Source: a virus. Taken from it: DNA of 64,000 nt. This document shows, one piece after another, positions 42,277 to 52,057 of this stretch; positions within the stretch are counted from its first letter, which is position 1, and every line of letters begins with the position of its first letter. Made by a program: the position numbers and the translations under genes. Under the pieces are notes generated by a model. That model did no database searches, was not told the DNA's origin, and was given only the letters and a program-made list of their open reading frames with translations. Where the stretch lies: positions 39,224-103,223 of the IMG/VR virus record IMGVR_UViG_3300006737_000020. The stretch is one strand, 5' to 3'.

Positions 42277-43080
42277 CTATGATTTATGGGTGCCAATATA
42301 CCCTCTATGTGAATAATTTTCATACATAGAAGCATAATGTCTTTTCATTATATTAACTACTTTGGTAATGTTTTGTGTTTTAAGACCTGTCCTTTCTCTT
42401 ATAAGAATATAAAGAGCTTTCTTATTGAAATTTTCTATATTATCTCTAATTCGAAATAATTCTAATAATGTATCGGCTACAATAATATCTCGTTTGTTTG
42501 AAAATATAGTATTTAAATTTGTTGTATAATAATCTACAAATTGGTTTGTAAAATCTTTTAGGCCTTCTTGGTAATCATTATATGATGCCTCACCTCCAAG
42601 ATCTCTACTATCATCTATTACTGTTAAATCTGTCCTTGCTTTCATTTTTGCATAATTTGCATTATTTGCAATAATAAGATAATTTTTTGCTACAATACTA
42701 AAATATGAAAATGCTTTACCTTTTCCTAAAACATACTTATGTATTTTTTCATTTAAGAATGCAACTGTTTCACATTTAACATCTATATAAGGTACATCAA
42801 AATAATAAAACTTAAAAGTATGTATAATATTTTCAGCTAGTTTATCAAATGCATAATGTATATGTTCTCTGTAAACTTTATTACGTTTTAATTCATCATC
42901 TTCACTATTATATGCAACTATTGCATGATCGGTTATATATGTAAAATATTGTTTTTTAGTTGGCTTTCGGCCTCGTTTCTTTTTCTTTGGAAGTAATGCT
43001 TCTTCTTCAATACGAGCCTTATCTTCTTCTAACCAGATATAAAATTTGTCTACTGCTGATAGTTCTGTTTGTTCATTCAT
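42277..43080 (-). CDS. Phage sigma factor, T4 gp55-like
   Basis: KQYFT...KLAENII...KAFSYFSIVAKNYLI resembles sigma region 2 of the gp55 family. Confidence 0.7.
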   Translation of the reverse strand: MNEQTELSAVDKFYIWLEEDKARIEEEALLPKKKKRGRKPTKKQYFTYITDHAIVAYNSEDDELKRNKVYREHIHYAFDKLAENIIHTFKFYYFDVPYIDVKCETVAFLNEKIHKYVLGKGKAFSYFSIVAKNYLIIANNANYAKMKARTDLTVIDDSRDLGGEASYNDYQEGLKDFTNQFVDYYTTNLNTIFSNKRDIIVADTLLELFRIRDNIENFNKKALYILIRERTGLKTQNITKVVNIMKRHYASMYENYSHRGYIGTHKS

Positions 43081-43367
43081 TAGTTAACTCCACGATTTAG
43101 GTCTTCCATTACTTCTTTGATTAACTTAAAGGAAGTGCCTACTTCGTCTGATGCTTCAAATGCTCCTTGTCTATCAGCATTTCTTATTTCAGAGTTGGCT
43201 TCATTAATTTTTGTTTTTAATCCATCAAAAAAGTTATAGTAATCTAGATTTGATTTTTCTAGATCCTCAATATAATCTGATTGATCTTCTTGTTTTTTTA
43301 ATTGGTTTATATTAACAAATAGTGATATTGTTAATGCAACCGCTAATATTATTATTGTTGTTATCAT
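43080..43367 (-). CDS. Small protein with N-terminal TM anchor and coiled coil
   Basis: MITTIIILAVALTISLFV hydrophobic N-terminus. Confidence 0.6.
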   Translation of the reverse strand: MITTIIILAVALTISLFVNINQLKKQEDQSDYIEDLEKSNLDYYNFFDGLKTKINEANSEIRNADRQGAFEASDEVGTSFKLIKEVMEDLNRGVN

Positions 43368-44167
43368 TTATTATCTCCGAATAAGTCATCAAACATTTTC
43401 ATTGCTGCTCCAGCTTCTCCTTTTGCTGCAATGTTACCTAATTTTTTAAAATTGGCCTTTTTATTGTTTTTATTAAATCCTGCAAGTGAAGCTTTTTTAG
43501 CAGTTGTTTGAGATGATTTTGTCTTTGCCCACATCTCATATTCTATTCTTGCTGCCATACAATCTGCTTGATGCATTACAAAACCTAAGTTAGTTTTTAA
43601 TTTTGAATCTGCTGTTCTAGACATGAAATAAGGTTTATTATGTTCATCATATAATCCATCAGTTAATTTAATACCTAACATTTCATTCCAAGTGATCTCA
43701 ATACCATAATGCTGCAATAACCAAATAGATAGGTCGTTTACAAGGGTAAATTGGTTGTTAGGATTAACCTTATACATCCTTCCCATATTTTTTCTATGCC
43801 ATTCAGAATCATTAGGAATATATGTTTCATTACCTTCTCCAGGAAATCCCATTTTACCAATATCATGATTTAATGCTGTAAAGATTAATTCTTCTTTTGT
43901 ATAGCCAGACATATCCGCTCCCATTTTAGTCCATAATGCATGAACCTCTTTTGCACATTTAATTACTCGCAATACATGATCTACATATCCGCCTTCAATT
44001 GCATTATGATAATGGTCAATACTTGAAGCTGGTTGCATTGACATTCTATCTTCTAAGTCTGTATACATTGCTAAAAGTTTTTCTTTTCTTTCACCTTTAA
44101 AGTTATCTTCGATAACCTTAATTAAGGACTCCCAATTTTCTACTATTTGTTCTGCTGTTAATTTCAT
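43364..44167 (-). CDS. HD-domain phosphohydrolase (YhaM-like)
   Basis: PASS..HYH...GGYVDHVLRV...HDIGK...HQAD. Confidence 0.8.
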   Translation of the reverse strand: MKLTAEQIVENWESLIKVIEDNFKGERKEKLLAMYTDLEDRMSMQPASSIDHYHNAIEGGYVDHVLRVIKCAKEVHALWTKMGADMSGYTKEELIFTALNHDIGKMGFPGEGNETYIPNDSEWHRKNMGRMYKVNPNNQFTLVNDLSIWLLQHYGIEITWNEMLGIKLTDGLYDEHNKPYFMSRTADSKLKTNLGFVMHQADCMAARIEYEMWAKTKSSQTTAKKASLAGFNKNNKKANFKKLGNIAAKGEAGAAMKMFDDLFGDNK

Positions 44168-44171
44168 ATCT

Positions 44172-44813
44172 TTAAATTATTTGGTCAATTACGCCTAAGT
44201 CTAATGCTTGGCCTGAAGTTAAATACATATCCGTTCTCATTTGATCTTTCCACCATGCTGCATCTTTTTTTGTTTTATCTGCTAACAAATCATATATATC
44301 TTGTTCAACTTGTTTAACAAAATCTACAGTTGCTGTTACGTCTGTCAACTTACCTGATATCATTGAAGATGCTTGATGAAACATTATGGTTGAGTTTTTA
44401 CTAACCATTCTCATTCCTGTACCACATGTTAATATAACAGATGCGGCTGAAAAGGCTTTGCCTCTGCATATAGTATTTACTTTTACATCTAATGATTTTA
44501 AGTAATCAATAATTCCCATCATTTCATGAATATCTCCTCCTGGACTATTTATCATTAAATTAACTGGGGCATTTGGATCTCCTTTATATGCTGGTGTTTG
44601 TCTATATTTTAATATACGCCTAACACGAATCATCAAATCAAATAAAGAATGACTTTCTATTTCATCATTAAGATAAATGACAGAATCATCTAATTCAATT
44701 TGATTAGCTAATATATCATTCAATTCTTGGTATGGTGATACCTCTTGAGTTGGCTGAATTAATTCTTCTTGTTGTTTTGGTTTGATTGGTCGCTCGTTAT
44801 ATAAATCACTCAT
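44172..44813 (-). CDS. clpP: ClpP-like protease
   Basis: INSPGG, AFSAAS (catalytic Ser), IMFHQ, DMYL...A..LGVID. Confidence 0.85.
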   Translation of the reverse strand: MSDLYNERPIKPKQQEELIQPTQEVSPYQELNDILANQIELDDSVIYLNDEIESHSLFDLMIRVRRILKYRQTPAYKGDPNAPVNLMINSPGGDIHEMMGIIDYLKSLDVKVNTICRGKAFSAASVILTCGTGMRMVSKNSTIMFHQASSMISGKLTDVTATVDFVKQVEQDIYDLLADKTKKDAAWWKDQMRTDMYLTSGQALDLGVIDQII

Positions 44814-44820
44814 AATACTT

Positions 44821-44851
44821 TAATATAATAAATTATTCTCGTAAAAACAAA
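44821..44851 (-). promoter_or_regulatory. Host-type promoter upstream of the clpP-HD-sigma operon
   Basis: TTTG-N20-TATATTA. Confidence 0.7.
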
Positions 44852-44852
44852 T

Positions 44853-45377
44853 TTAATAAAGCTTTTTTAACTGACGTTCTAACTTCCTCATTTTAACAGC
44901 ATTGGCTCTGATATCCTTTTTATACTTGGCTGTTTTAATATTGCCTCTGACCATATTCATTTGTTCCAGGACTTTGGTACGTAATGTTTCTTTTTCACGC
45001 TTGGTAAGTTTTTTCTTTTCTGGTTTTGCTTTTGTAGGTTCTAATGTACCTTTGAGTTTAGGTTGTTCTACTCCTTTATGAAATACATTACCTTCTTTAT
45101 CAACAAATTCTTTCATGAACTGCCAGCCTCTTAATCTACCAGATGATTTATATCCTCCTCTAATATCTGGAGGTCCTACTGTTTTATTAACACATTTATA
45201 ACATAATACTGCAGTTGCTCCTTCTCCTACTTCTGACCATTCATTACATCTAGGATGTTTAGCTAAGATTTGCCAACCCCAATATGATTTATCTTCAATG
45301 CTGTTTCTGCATATCATATAAGTTGTTCTACCTTTCTTTTTTGTTTTAAATTTTGTAACTTGTTTCTTTTTTGCCAT
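44853..45377 (-). CDS. Basic hypothetical protein
   Basis: Clean ORF, Lys-rich, four Cys in the N-terminal half. Confidence 0.6.
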   Translation of the reverse strand: MAKKKQVTKFKTKKKGRTTYMICRNSIEDKSYWGWQILAKHPRCNEWSEVGEGATAVLCYKCVNKTVGPPDIRGGYKSSGRLRGWQFMKEFVDKEGNVFHKGVEQPKLKGTLEPTKAKPEKKKLTKREKETLRTKVLEQMNMVRGNIKTAKYKKDIRANAVKMRKLERQLKKLY

Positions 45378-45378
45378 A

Positions 45379-46407
45379 TTATAAATTTTTAGGTTGTTTA
45401 GGTATTCTTCCTCCTCCAGCTGTCATTCCTTGATCAGATTGTTCTTGGTAGATATCTTCTTTTTTTATTTGAAGAACTTTATGTCCTCCGGTACTATCTA
45501 TCTGTATTACCTTTTCTGTTACAGATGGTGTTTCTTCAGGTTCCTTAGGTTCTTCAGGTTCTTTAGGAATAATAGGTTTAGGTGAAGGAACTTTTATTTT
45601 TTCTTCTGGTTTTATTTGAGCAAATGCAAAATTAGCTGCTACTACCATTGCAATTGCTAATGGATCAAATACAAATACAATTAATAATAAAAACCAATTA
45701 ACTACTTGTCCCATATCTTTACCAGTTGTTTCTGCAAGATATTTAAGTGGTCCTAATTCTCTTTGTTCTTCATTACCAATTTCTAACTCTAATAGTTCTG
45801 TATCAATTCTCATTACAGAATCCATTACAGCTTCCAATCTTACATTAATAGTATCTCTATCTGCAATAGTACTTTTTAATTCTGATTGTAATGCTCTTCT
45901 TGTCGAACTAGAAGTTGTTGTTATAACTTTTTCAGCTTCAGCATCATAATATGATACCTGGGCAGGATTTGAGAGCGATGTTCTTAAATCAGAAATAGTT
46001 GTATTTAATTGTGTCTTTTCTAAATTAAGATCTGTTTTTTGTTCTTCGAATCTATTTTGTTTAGTCTGTAATACAATTAATGATTTATCTAGAAATTCTG
46101 ACTTAGTTGCTGTTTCTTGATAAGCTCCAGATAAGAATCCATATATACCACCAGATGTTATTATCATCAAAACAAATACTGCTATAGATAAATAAGCTCG
46201 TAACCATTTGTTTATTGTACCCCAATATTGATATAATAAAGAAGCGGTTATTAATTTTGCAAATTCTAACGATCCGGCCATTATAATAACTTGTAGACTA
46301 GCTCCTGCAAACAATTTACTTAGTCCAAAAACTGAATAAAATGCTGCAGAACCGGAGACGGCTAGTGCCGCAAGTCCTATTAAAAATGGAAAGAATCGTT
46401 TTTTCAT
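45379..46407 (-). CDS. Membrane protein (3 N-terminal TMs, coiled coil, C-terminal TM)
   Basis: Hydrophobic segments at both ends of a heptad region; LLIVFVFDPLAI. Confidence 0.65.
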   Translation of the reverse strand: MKKRFFPFLIGLAALAVSGSAAFYSVFGLSKLFAGASLQVIIMAGSLEFAKLITASLLYQYWGTINKWLRAYLSIAVFVLMIITSGGIYGFLSGAYQETATKSEFLDKSLIVLQTKQNRFEEQKTDLNLEKTQLNTTISDLRTSLSNPAQVSYYDAEAEKVITTTSSSTRRALQSELKSTIADRDTINVRLEAVMDSVMRIDTELLELEIGNEEQRELGPLKYLAETTGKDMGQVVNWFLLLIVFVFDPLAIAMVVAANFAFAQIKPEEKIKVPSPKPIIPKEPEEPKEPEETPSVTEKVIQIDSTGGHKVLQIKKEDIYQEQSDQGMTAGGGRIPKQPKNL

Positions 46408-46408
46408 T

Positions 46409-46588
46409 TTAGTTTTGTATATTATCTTGAGCGTATTTTATTTTGTCACGTATAACTTTAAATCTACGTTGTGCTTCAGATGGATCAATTTTCATTCCGC
46501 GTCTAATTACATCTTGTAAGATTTGTATCATATTATCAGCTTCATCCAATTGGATCTTCACTTGTGGTGCATTTTTTACTGTACTCAT
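46409..46588 (-). CDS. Small hypothetical protein (59 aa; not in the ORF track)
   Basis: MSTVKNAPQVKIQLDEADNM...YAQDNIQN; AAGGAGA upstream; fills the gap exactly. Confidence 0.7.
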   Translation of the reverse strand: MSTVKNAPQVKIQLDEADNMIQILQDVIRRGMKIDPSEAQRRFKVIRDKIKYAQDNIQN

Positions 46589-46702
46589 AACTTTTCTCCT
46601 TTTTTTAGGTGGTTTGACTATGCTTATGCATAATTATTTTTAAATTATTATTTATTATAAATATATATTATTAATATTATTAATAGATTAATATATTATA
46701 TT

Positions 46703-47674
46703 TTAACTAACTCCGGCCAATATTGGCCTATTTTTTTGTCTATATAAACTTCTATGTTCTAAAACTGCCAATTCTTTGGCTTTTGCTTCAACTACTATAT
46801 CTAAATCTAATCCATATGTTCTAATCTCATCGCGGATATAATCTGAATGTGCTTGTTTTCTAATCTTATCATCTTGGTATTCACGAGCTCTACTTTCCGA
46901 ATAATGACAACATTGTCTAACATCTTCTGGCCATGTACTAGCTGCTAACCGTAAAGCTTCTTCTTCTGATAACTCATCTGGATGGAATGTATGATGATGA
47001 TAATCAAATGTAATTGGAATTCCAATTTCTTTATAGAAATAATCATATATCATTTTTGTTGACCACATACTAGCCTTATCATCATTTTCTAAAACTAATC
47101 TAGACTTAAGATTGTCTGATAATCTATGCCACGTCTTAATCCATCGTTCGGCCGTTGATTTATGGTCACCATATGCACCTCCTACATGAATATTTATTTT
47201 ATTTTCAAAAGAAGGTTTATAACCCATTAGGTCAAACATTTCTGAATGACGTTCTAAACCTATAATAGATTTTTCTACAACATCTGGTCTTGGAGAACCT
47301 AATACATGGAATGGTCCTGGATGTGTAGTTAACCTCATATTATGTTTACGAGCATATTCGCCGGCTTCATATAATCTATCAGAGATTTCTTTGATTTGAG
47401 GTAATTGATTTAGTTCATAATGATCATGCCATGGAAATAATTCAGAACCTATTCTAAACAATGTTATATCATGTTCAATATTCCATTGTAAATAGTGTAA
47501 TAAATCAGTTGCATTCTTTAAGGCACGTTCACCTATTAGTTCATAATTACGATCGGGATACCACGTTGCTTTTCGTGCCGTCCTAGAAGTAGTTACTCTA
47601 CCTCCTGCTTTTTTAGGTCTATTCGTTAATGTCATATTAACGCAAGCATAACCTAGTCTTACCTTTTTATTCAT
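46703..47674 (-). CDS. uvsE: UV-damage endonuclease (UvsE/UVDE)
   Basis: RLGYAC, FRIGSELFP, RLTTHPG, IHVGG, LENDD, FDYHHH, HYSE, AHSD, EAKAKE motifs. Confidence 0.93.
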   Translation of the reverse strand: MNKKVRLGYACVNMTLTNRPKKAGGRVTTSRTARKATWYPDRNYELIGERALKNATDLLHYLQWNIEHDITLFRIGSELFPWHDHYELNQLPQIKEISDRLYEAGEYARKHNMRLTTHPGPFHVLGSPRPDVVEKSIIGLERHSEMFDLMGYKPSFENKINIHVGGAYGDHKSTAERWIKTWHRLSDNLKSRLVLENDDKASMWSTKMIYDYFYKEIGIPITFDYHHHTFHPDELSEEEALRLAASTWPEDVRQCCHYSESRAREYQDDKIRKQAHSDYIRDEIRTYGLDLDIVVEAKAKELAVLEHRSLYRQKNRPILAGVS

Positions 47675-47677
47675 ATT

Positions 47678-47709
47678 TAAATATAAGAAAAATTTTTCAA
47701 TTATCCAAG
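47678..47709 (-). promoter_or_regulatory. Host-type promoter upstream of uvsE
   Basis: CTTG-N20-TATATTTA. Confidence 0.68.
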
Positions 47710-47910
47710 TGATTCTTCAGAAATGATTTCTGCATCTTGGAGAGTTTCACAACAATATAACCAACCTTCTTTCTTTAATAAGATATCAGTCATGGTCCAT
47801 TGTTTCATAATATTGGTATCAAAATTTGGGTTTAAACGATCTAATCTAAAGGCTCGTTTTACCATAAGTTTCTTACCATTGAAATCTATATAATGTCCTA
47901 CTTGTAGCAT
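47701..47910 (-). CDS. Hypothetical protein
   Basis: Fills the gap between hsp20 and uvsE. Confidence 0.55.
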   Translation of the reverse strand: MLQVGHYIDFNGKKLMVKRAFRLDRLNPNFDTNIMKQWTMTDILLKKEGWLYCCETLQDAEIISEESLG

Positions 47911-47948
47911 ATGTTATTAGTTCTTATAACCAGGTTTAAACCGGCCAA

Positions 47949-48448
47949 TTGCGGGTTGGCATAATTATTTACTTAATTGTAACTGATTTTGGTTTTTGAT
48001 CTTCAGCAAGCGGTGCATAAAGATGTAGTAAACCGTTTTGTAATTTAGCTTCTAGGTTACCTAATTCGAACCTTCTACTAATTCTCCATCCAAAGTTAAA
48101 TGATCGCTTTGCAATATTTCTTTGAATGTATTCTGCATCATTAGAGCCTTTATCTTTCTTATACTCTACTCGCAGGATATCTCCCTCTATAGTAAGATCA
48201 ATATCTTTTTTTGTAAGTCCAACACATGCAATATCAATATTAAGACCATCTTTGGCCTCATATATATCTACTGGATGGTTAACTCTGATTTGGTTGAACG
48301 GAGCAAATTCTTCCTCCGATTTGAAAAAATCCCTAAACAGGATGTCGAATGGCGATGTGCCAAAATGTGTTAATTGTGTCATAATAAATCTCCTTAAATA
48401 ATTTTATTTTTGTTAAACAATGTTTTAACATAACCAGCCAACCCGCAA
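47949..48448. repeat. 12-bp perfect inverted repeat bracketing hsp20
   Basis: TTGCGGGTTGGC (47949-47960) and GCCAACCCGCAA (48437-48448). Confidence 0.85.
47969..48382 (-). CDS. Small heat-shock protein (Hsp20 / alpha-crystallin)
   Basis: PVDIYE...GLTKKDI...YIQRNIAKRSF...AKLQNGLL; AAGGAGA RBS. Confidence 0.92.
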   Translation of the reverse strand: MTQLTHFGTSPFDILFRDFFKSEEEFAPFNQIRVNHPVDIYEAKDGLNIDIACVGLTKKDIDLTIEGDILRVEYKKDKGSNDAEYIQRNIAKRSFNFGWRISRRFELGNLEAKLQNGLLHLYAPLAEDQKPKSVTIK

Positions 48449-48475
48449 AGTATTGTCCGATTATTAATATATATG

Positions 48476-48961
48476 TTAGCTAAGACAAATTGGCGGTACT
48501 TGGCCAACTATATCATAGCACCTGTAATATCTATACTTATCAATTCCAGGAATTTTTTTTGCATGTGTATTTTTTACAATAACATGTCCATCCATAAAGA
48601 GTTTTAAAACTACTTTACGAATCCATGCTAAACTATTCGAATTCAAATGAACCGAATTATTAATTAGCAATATATTTAATTTATTCTTATTCCAAGTTTG
48701 TTCTTCATAGAATGTATCTTGAAACAATGCATTAATGATTTCTTTTGATTCTTTGGTTCCACGTGTAGGTTCTTGATCTAATTCAAAGTCTGCTTCAAAT
48801 TCAATTTCATCTGCATCTTCTTGAAATATTGTGAGTCTAGACATTGCAGTATCTATACCATATGAAATTGTATCTGATAAGAAAGCTATTTTATCTTTCT
48901 TTTTCAGGCTTAGAAATATATCAAATTCTTGTTCATCTATATGTATACTATCTATTTGCAT
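48476..48961 (-). CDS. Hypothetical protein
   Basis: Start placed at ATG 48961; tight packing. Confidence 0.55.
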   Translation of the reverse strand: MQIDSIHIDEQEFDIFLSLKKKDKIAFLSDTISYGIDTAMSRLTIFQEDADEIEFEADFELDQEPTRGTKESKEIINALFQDTFYEEQTWNKNKLNILLINNSVHLNSNSLAWIRKVVLKLFMDGHVIVKNTHAKKIPGIDKYRYYRCYDIVGQVPPICLS

Positions 48962-49151
48962 ATAACAATCCTTTATTTGTAGTTCCACTTCCTATTTCTT
49001 TTACAATAAATAGATTACGAAATTGTTCTAAAGTCAATTGTTTAACACCTGCAAAGTATGCTTCTGCTTGATTAATAGATGGCATGTCACATACGTTGAT
49101 ATGTTGATTTGACTCATTACTATTCTTTGTATATAATCCAAATTTGCTCAT
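48948..49151 (-). CDS. Hypothetical protein
   Basis: ATATTTAT motif 5 nt before the ATG. Confidence 0.6.
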   Translation of the reverse strand: MSKFGLYTKNSNESNQHINVCDMPSINQAEAYFAGVKQLTLEQFRNLFIVKEIGSGTTNKGLLYANR

Positions 49152-49163
49152 TTTATATAAATA

Positions 49164-49403
49164 TCAATTTTTGTTACCTTTTAATAAAGAAGCTTCAGAA
49201 ATTACTTCAGAAATTCTATTAAAGCCTCTTATTTTATCTACTTCTAATATATTTAATAACGTATGAACGGTTTCTGATAACTCTCCTGACAATATTATGG
49301 CATCAACTCCTTTTTGATACCAATCGATAACAGCTTGACATCCATTATTTCTATAGATGTCAATTATCTGCTCGTCATCAATATACCGTTTATGAAATCC
49401 CAT
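49164..49403 (-). CDS. Hypothetical protein
   Basis: Translationally coupled ORF. Confidence 0.55.
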   Translation of the reverse strand: MGFHKRYIDDEQIIDIYRNNGCQAVIDWYQKGVDAIILSGELSETVHTLLNILEVDKIRGFNRISEVISEASLLKGNKN

Positions 49404-49681
49404 TACCTATTCTGTGGTTGTCCCCATTTACCCATACGATATGCTTTTTCAGCAACATCCATTGCTGCACTACATGTACGCATCAATTGATTAAGTTCAG
49501 AATATGTCACATCAAATGACCTTCCTCCTATTTCTATTTTACCAATAACTGGTTTCATTTTTGCATATTTAAAATCTGTAGCGTTAACGCTTTCTTTTAA
49601 TTCAAAGTCAATTGTTGACCAAAGTTTTCCAAGGTGGCGAGTCTTCTTTTTATCATGCGCCGAAGTTAAGTTTATACTCAT
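49403..49681 (-). CDS. Hypothetical protein
   Basis: Translationally coupled ORF. Confidence 0.55.
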   Translation of the reverse strand: MSINLTSAHDKKKTRHLGKLWSTIDFELKESVNATDFKYAKMKPVIGKIEIGGRSFDVTYSELNQLMRTCSAAMDVAEKAYRMGKWGQPQNR

Positions 49682-49687
49682 CTTATA

Positions 49688-50521
49688 TTATTTAAAAATT
49701 GTTAATGTAAATATTGAATCTGCAACACTATGATCTAGTCTTACATTTCCTCCTAATTGTCCATACTCATTTAAAGCCCAATCTAGAACTTCAACTGGAT
49801 CATATACCATGTATGATTCATCATAATCTTCTGATGTATTCATACTTAATAATGAGATTACTATTCCTGTATCAGCTAATTCCATCATCTTTGTAACAGT
49901 ATTTTTTAATGCATCCATAATGTCAAAGTCTTCTTTAACTGGTTCGTACATTATAGATAATCCTCCAATATTAATTACCCAATCAGATGCAAAGTTTCCA
50001 TCTAATTTAAATAAATTACTAGCAGTAAATGTTGCGCCTGGGCTCATTTCTTTTGCTGTTTGTATTAATATCTTGTTCATATCAATACCATGATATTTAA
50101 TATCTGCTTGATATAATTCTTGTACGTGTCTTAAAAAGTCACCTCTACCACAACCAATATCAAGAATTGATTCTTGTGTACAATCAAAATTAGAAGCAAT
50201 AAAATCATACATAACTTCTTGTTCTTCTAATGATCTATAACCTACTACTTGAGGATCTGATTTAAGATAATTATCATCTAGGTCAGCAAATCCTTCTGGA
50301 GTTAATGGTTGACCATCAATTGAATCTAAATCAATTGGTTCTTCTTGAACTGGTTCACTTTTAGGTTCTGGAACTGCATCTATATTATCAGCAGCTGCTT
50401 CTGACTCTTCTCGAGCCTTTACTTGTTCTTCAAATACCTCTTGGGTACTTACTTCTTCACGGCCATCAAAGTTTTCATCTAATGCTCCGTCATATCCTTC
50501 TGGATTTCTATTTTCCATCAT
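49688..50521 (-). CDS. Class I SAM-dependent methyltransferase with an acidic N-terminal extension
   Basis: ILDIGCGRGD motif I, YHGID motif II. Confidence 0.82.
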   Translation of the reverse strand: MMENRNPEGYDGALDENFDGREEVSTQEVFEEQVKAREESEAAADNIDAVPEPKSEPVQEEPIDLDSIDGQPLTPEGFADLDDNYLKSDPQVVGYRSLEEQEVMYDFIASNFDCTQESILDIGCGRGDFLRHVQELYQADIKYHGIDMNKILIQTAKEMSPGATFTASNLFKLDGNFASDWVINIGGLSIMYEPVKEDFDIMDALKNTVTKMMELADTGIVISLLSMNTSEDYDESYMVYDPVEVLDWALNEYGQLGGNVRLDHSVADSIFTLTIFK

Positions 50522-50525
50522 AATA

Positions 50526-50816
50526 TTATTTACGTTTATGTCGAGCTCCTCGACGTTTATTAATTCTATTTATCTTACTCTCAATGTCAGATAAATCCAT
50601 CCGCATAGGATGTGTTCTATTAAATTGCTGTTTTGTTCTACATGCTAATGCAGCATATTCCCAAGCCTTCTCCACATCATGTGTTTCAGGTAAATAGAAT
50701 TCTTCTGCTAAGTATGTATCACCGACCATTACACGTACACCTGTTTCGGTATACGTTAATGATGCATCTGGATGTCTTTTTAAGACCTTTCTCTGAAATT
50801 TATTTGTTACTTTCAT
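50526..50816 (-). CDS. Hypothetical protein
   Basis: Start placed at ATG 50816, just after the upstream stop. Confidence 0.55.
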   Translation of the reverse strand: MKVTNKFQRKVLKRHPDASLTYTETGVRVMVGDTYLAEEFYLPETHDVEKAWEYAALACRTKQQFNRTHPMRMDLSDIESKINRINKRRGARHKRK

Positions 50817-50817
50817 A

Positions 50818-51258
50818 TTAAAACGATCTTGGTCCTTGAGTTGGAAATACAAAGTCATTATACTTTTCAAAATGTCCTAGAGTAGATGACTCACTTGACA
50901 TTTCTTCTCCATCAGCTCTCAATTTTGTTCCTGCAATATAATTACCTCTTGTATGACCATGTTTCTTATGAATAAACATATTATTAGTTCCTCCATTTTC
51001 AATCCATGCATTTGTAATACTAGATATAATTGATTGTCTAGATTTAGGTTCATCAACTGATGTATATATTAATCCTGAACCTGCTTCCGTTCTTATATCA
51101 TAAGATCTTTTACTATTTAATTTCTTACCAGCTACATGCACATTTGTAATAAGTCCAACTTGAAGTTTTGAATTTTGTCCATCCCAATCTTTAGTTTGAA
51201 CTATTACCTTATCACCTATCTGATACTTTGGTACTGCTACTTTACTTTTTCTTGCCAT
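50818..51258 (-). CDS. Hypothetical protein (SH3/KOW-like start)
   Basis: KYQIGDKVIV; A-rich leader. Confidence 0.55.
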   Translation of the reverse strand: MARKSKVAVPKYQIGDKVIVQTKDWDGQNSKLQVGLITNVHVAGKKLNSKRSYDIRTEAGSGLIYTSVDEPKSRQSIISSITNAWIENGGTNNMFIHKKHGHTRGNYIAGTKLRADGEEMSSESSTLGHFEKYNDFVFPTQGPRSF

Positions 51259-51290
51259 TTTTTAATTTTTAATTTTTAATTTATTATTTT

Positions 51291-51494
51291 TTAATTATTT
51301 TCGATTACCTTAATAATCTTAGAATTAGATACTGCTTTAACTTCAAAGTCAATTCCTGAACCTTCAAAGTCTTTTGTTACCATTGCTTCCGCATGGGTTA
51401 CAGAATTTGCATTTACTAAATACATTTCTGTTACTCTTTTTACTCCTTTCGATGAATCTACTGCGATTCTAACCTTAGCTGTATAATATGCCAT
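51291..51494 (-). CDS. DUF4494-like protein (Bacteroidota family)
   Basis: KRVTEMYLVNANSVTHAEA...FEVKAVSNSKI pattern. Confidence 0.65.
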   Translation of the reverse strand: MAYYTAKVRIAVDSSKGVKRVTEMYLVNANSVTHAEAMVTKDFEGSGIDFEVKAVSNSKIIKVIENN

Positions 51495-51576
51495 TTCTTA
51501 ATTTTTTTTTATGATTAATAATATATAAATATAAAAACTTTTTCTCGTAAGTCCTAATACTTTTCATGAAAAGTTT

Positions 51577-52056
51577 TTAAAAGTTTCCTGGTGCTACTTG
51601 CATACATGTTAAACCTATCTCTCTCCACATCTTAACTACTTTATCTCTATCATCAAATACTGCTACTACTTCTACTTCGTCCATATCTTCAGGATTAACA
51701 AATACTTCTTCAAACCAACCTAATTTTAATTTTTCGTCAGGCATAAATTTGAATGGATGTTTAATAGGACGCATTTTTAATATATCATATTCAACTTCAT
51801 ATTCTTTTAACCAGTCTTTAGTAATTTGTTCTGATGATGCACTTCTACCTGAAAATATTGCTATTTTATATCCAAAAGCTTTTAGCGCTTGAGCCATCAT
51901 AATTACTGGTTGATTTGGTTCATCAGACGCAACAAGTTTATCTGAAAAAAATATATCCCAATCCATTTTACCAGACTTAGATGCTAATTTTCTACGTACT
52001 TCGATGTTGGCTAACGTGCCATCTAAATCGAATATTACCCATTTATCTTTACTCAT
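51577..52056 (-). CDS. HAD-family phosphatase (T4 PseT phosphatase domain-like)
   Basis: FDLDGT, FSGR, LKMR, FDDR..V..MWR..GL.C.QV. Confidence 0.88.
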   Translation of the reverse strand: MSKDKWVIFDLDGTLANIEVRRKLASKSGKMDWDIFFSDKLVASDEPNQPVIMMAQALKAFGYKIAIFSGRSASSEQITKDWLKEYEVEYDILKMRPIKHPFKFMPDEKLKLGWFEEVFVNPEDMDEVEVVAVFDDRDKVVKMWREIGLTCMQVAPGNF

Positions 52057-52057
52057 A

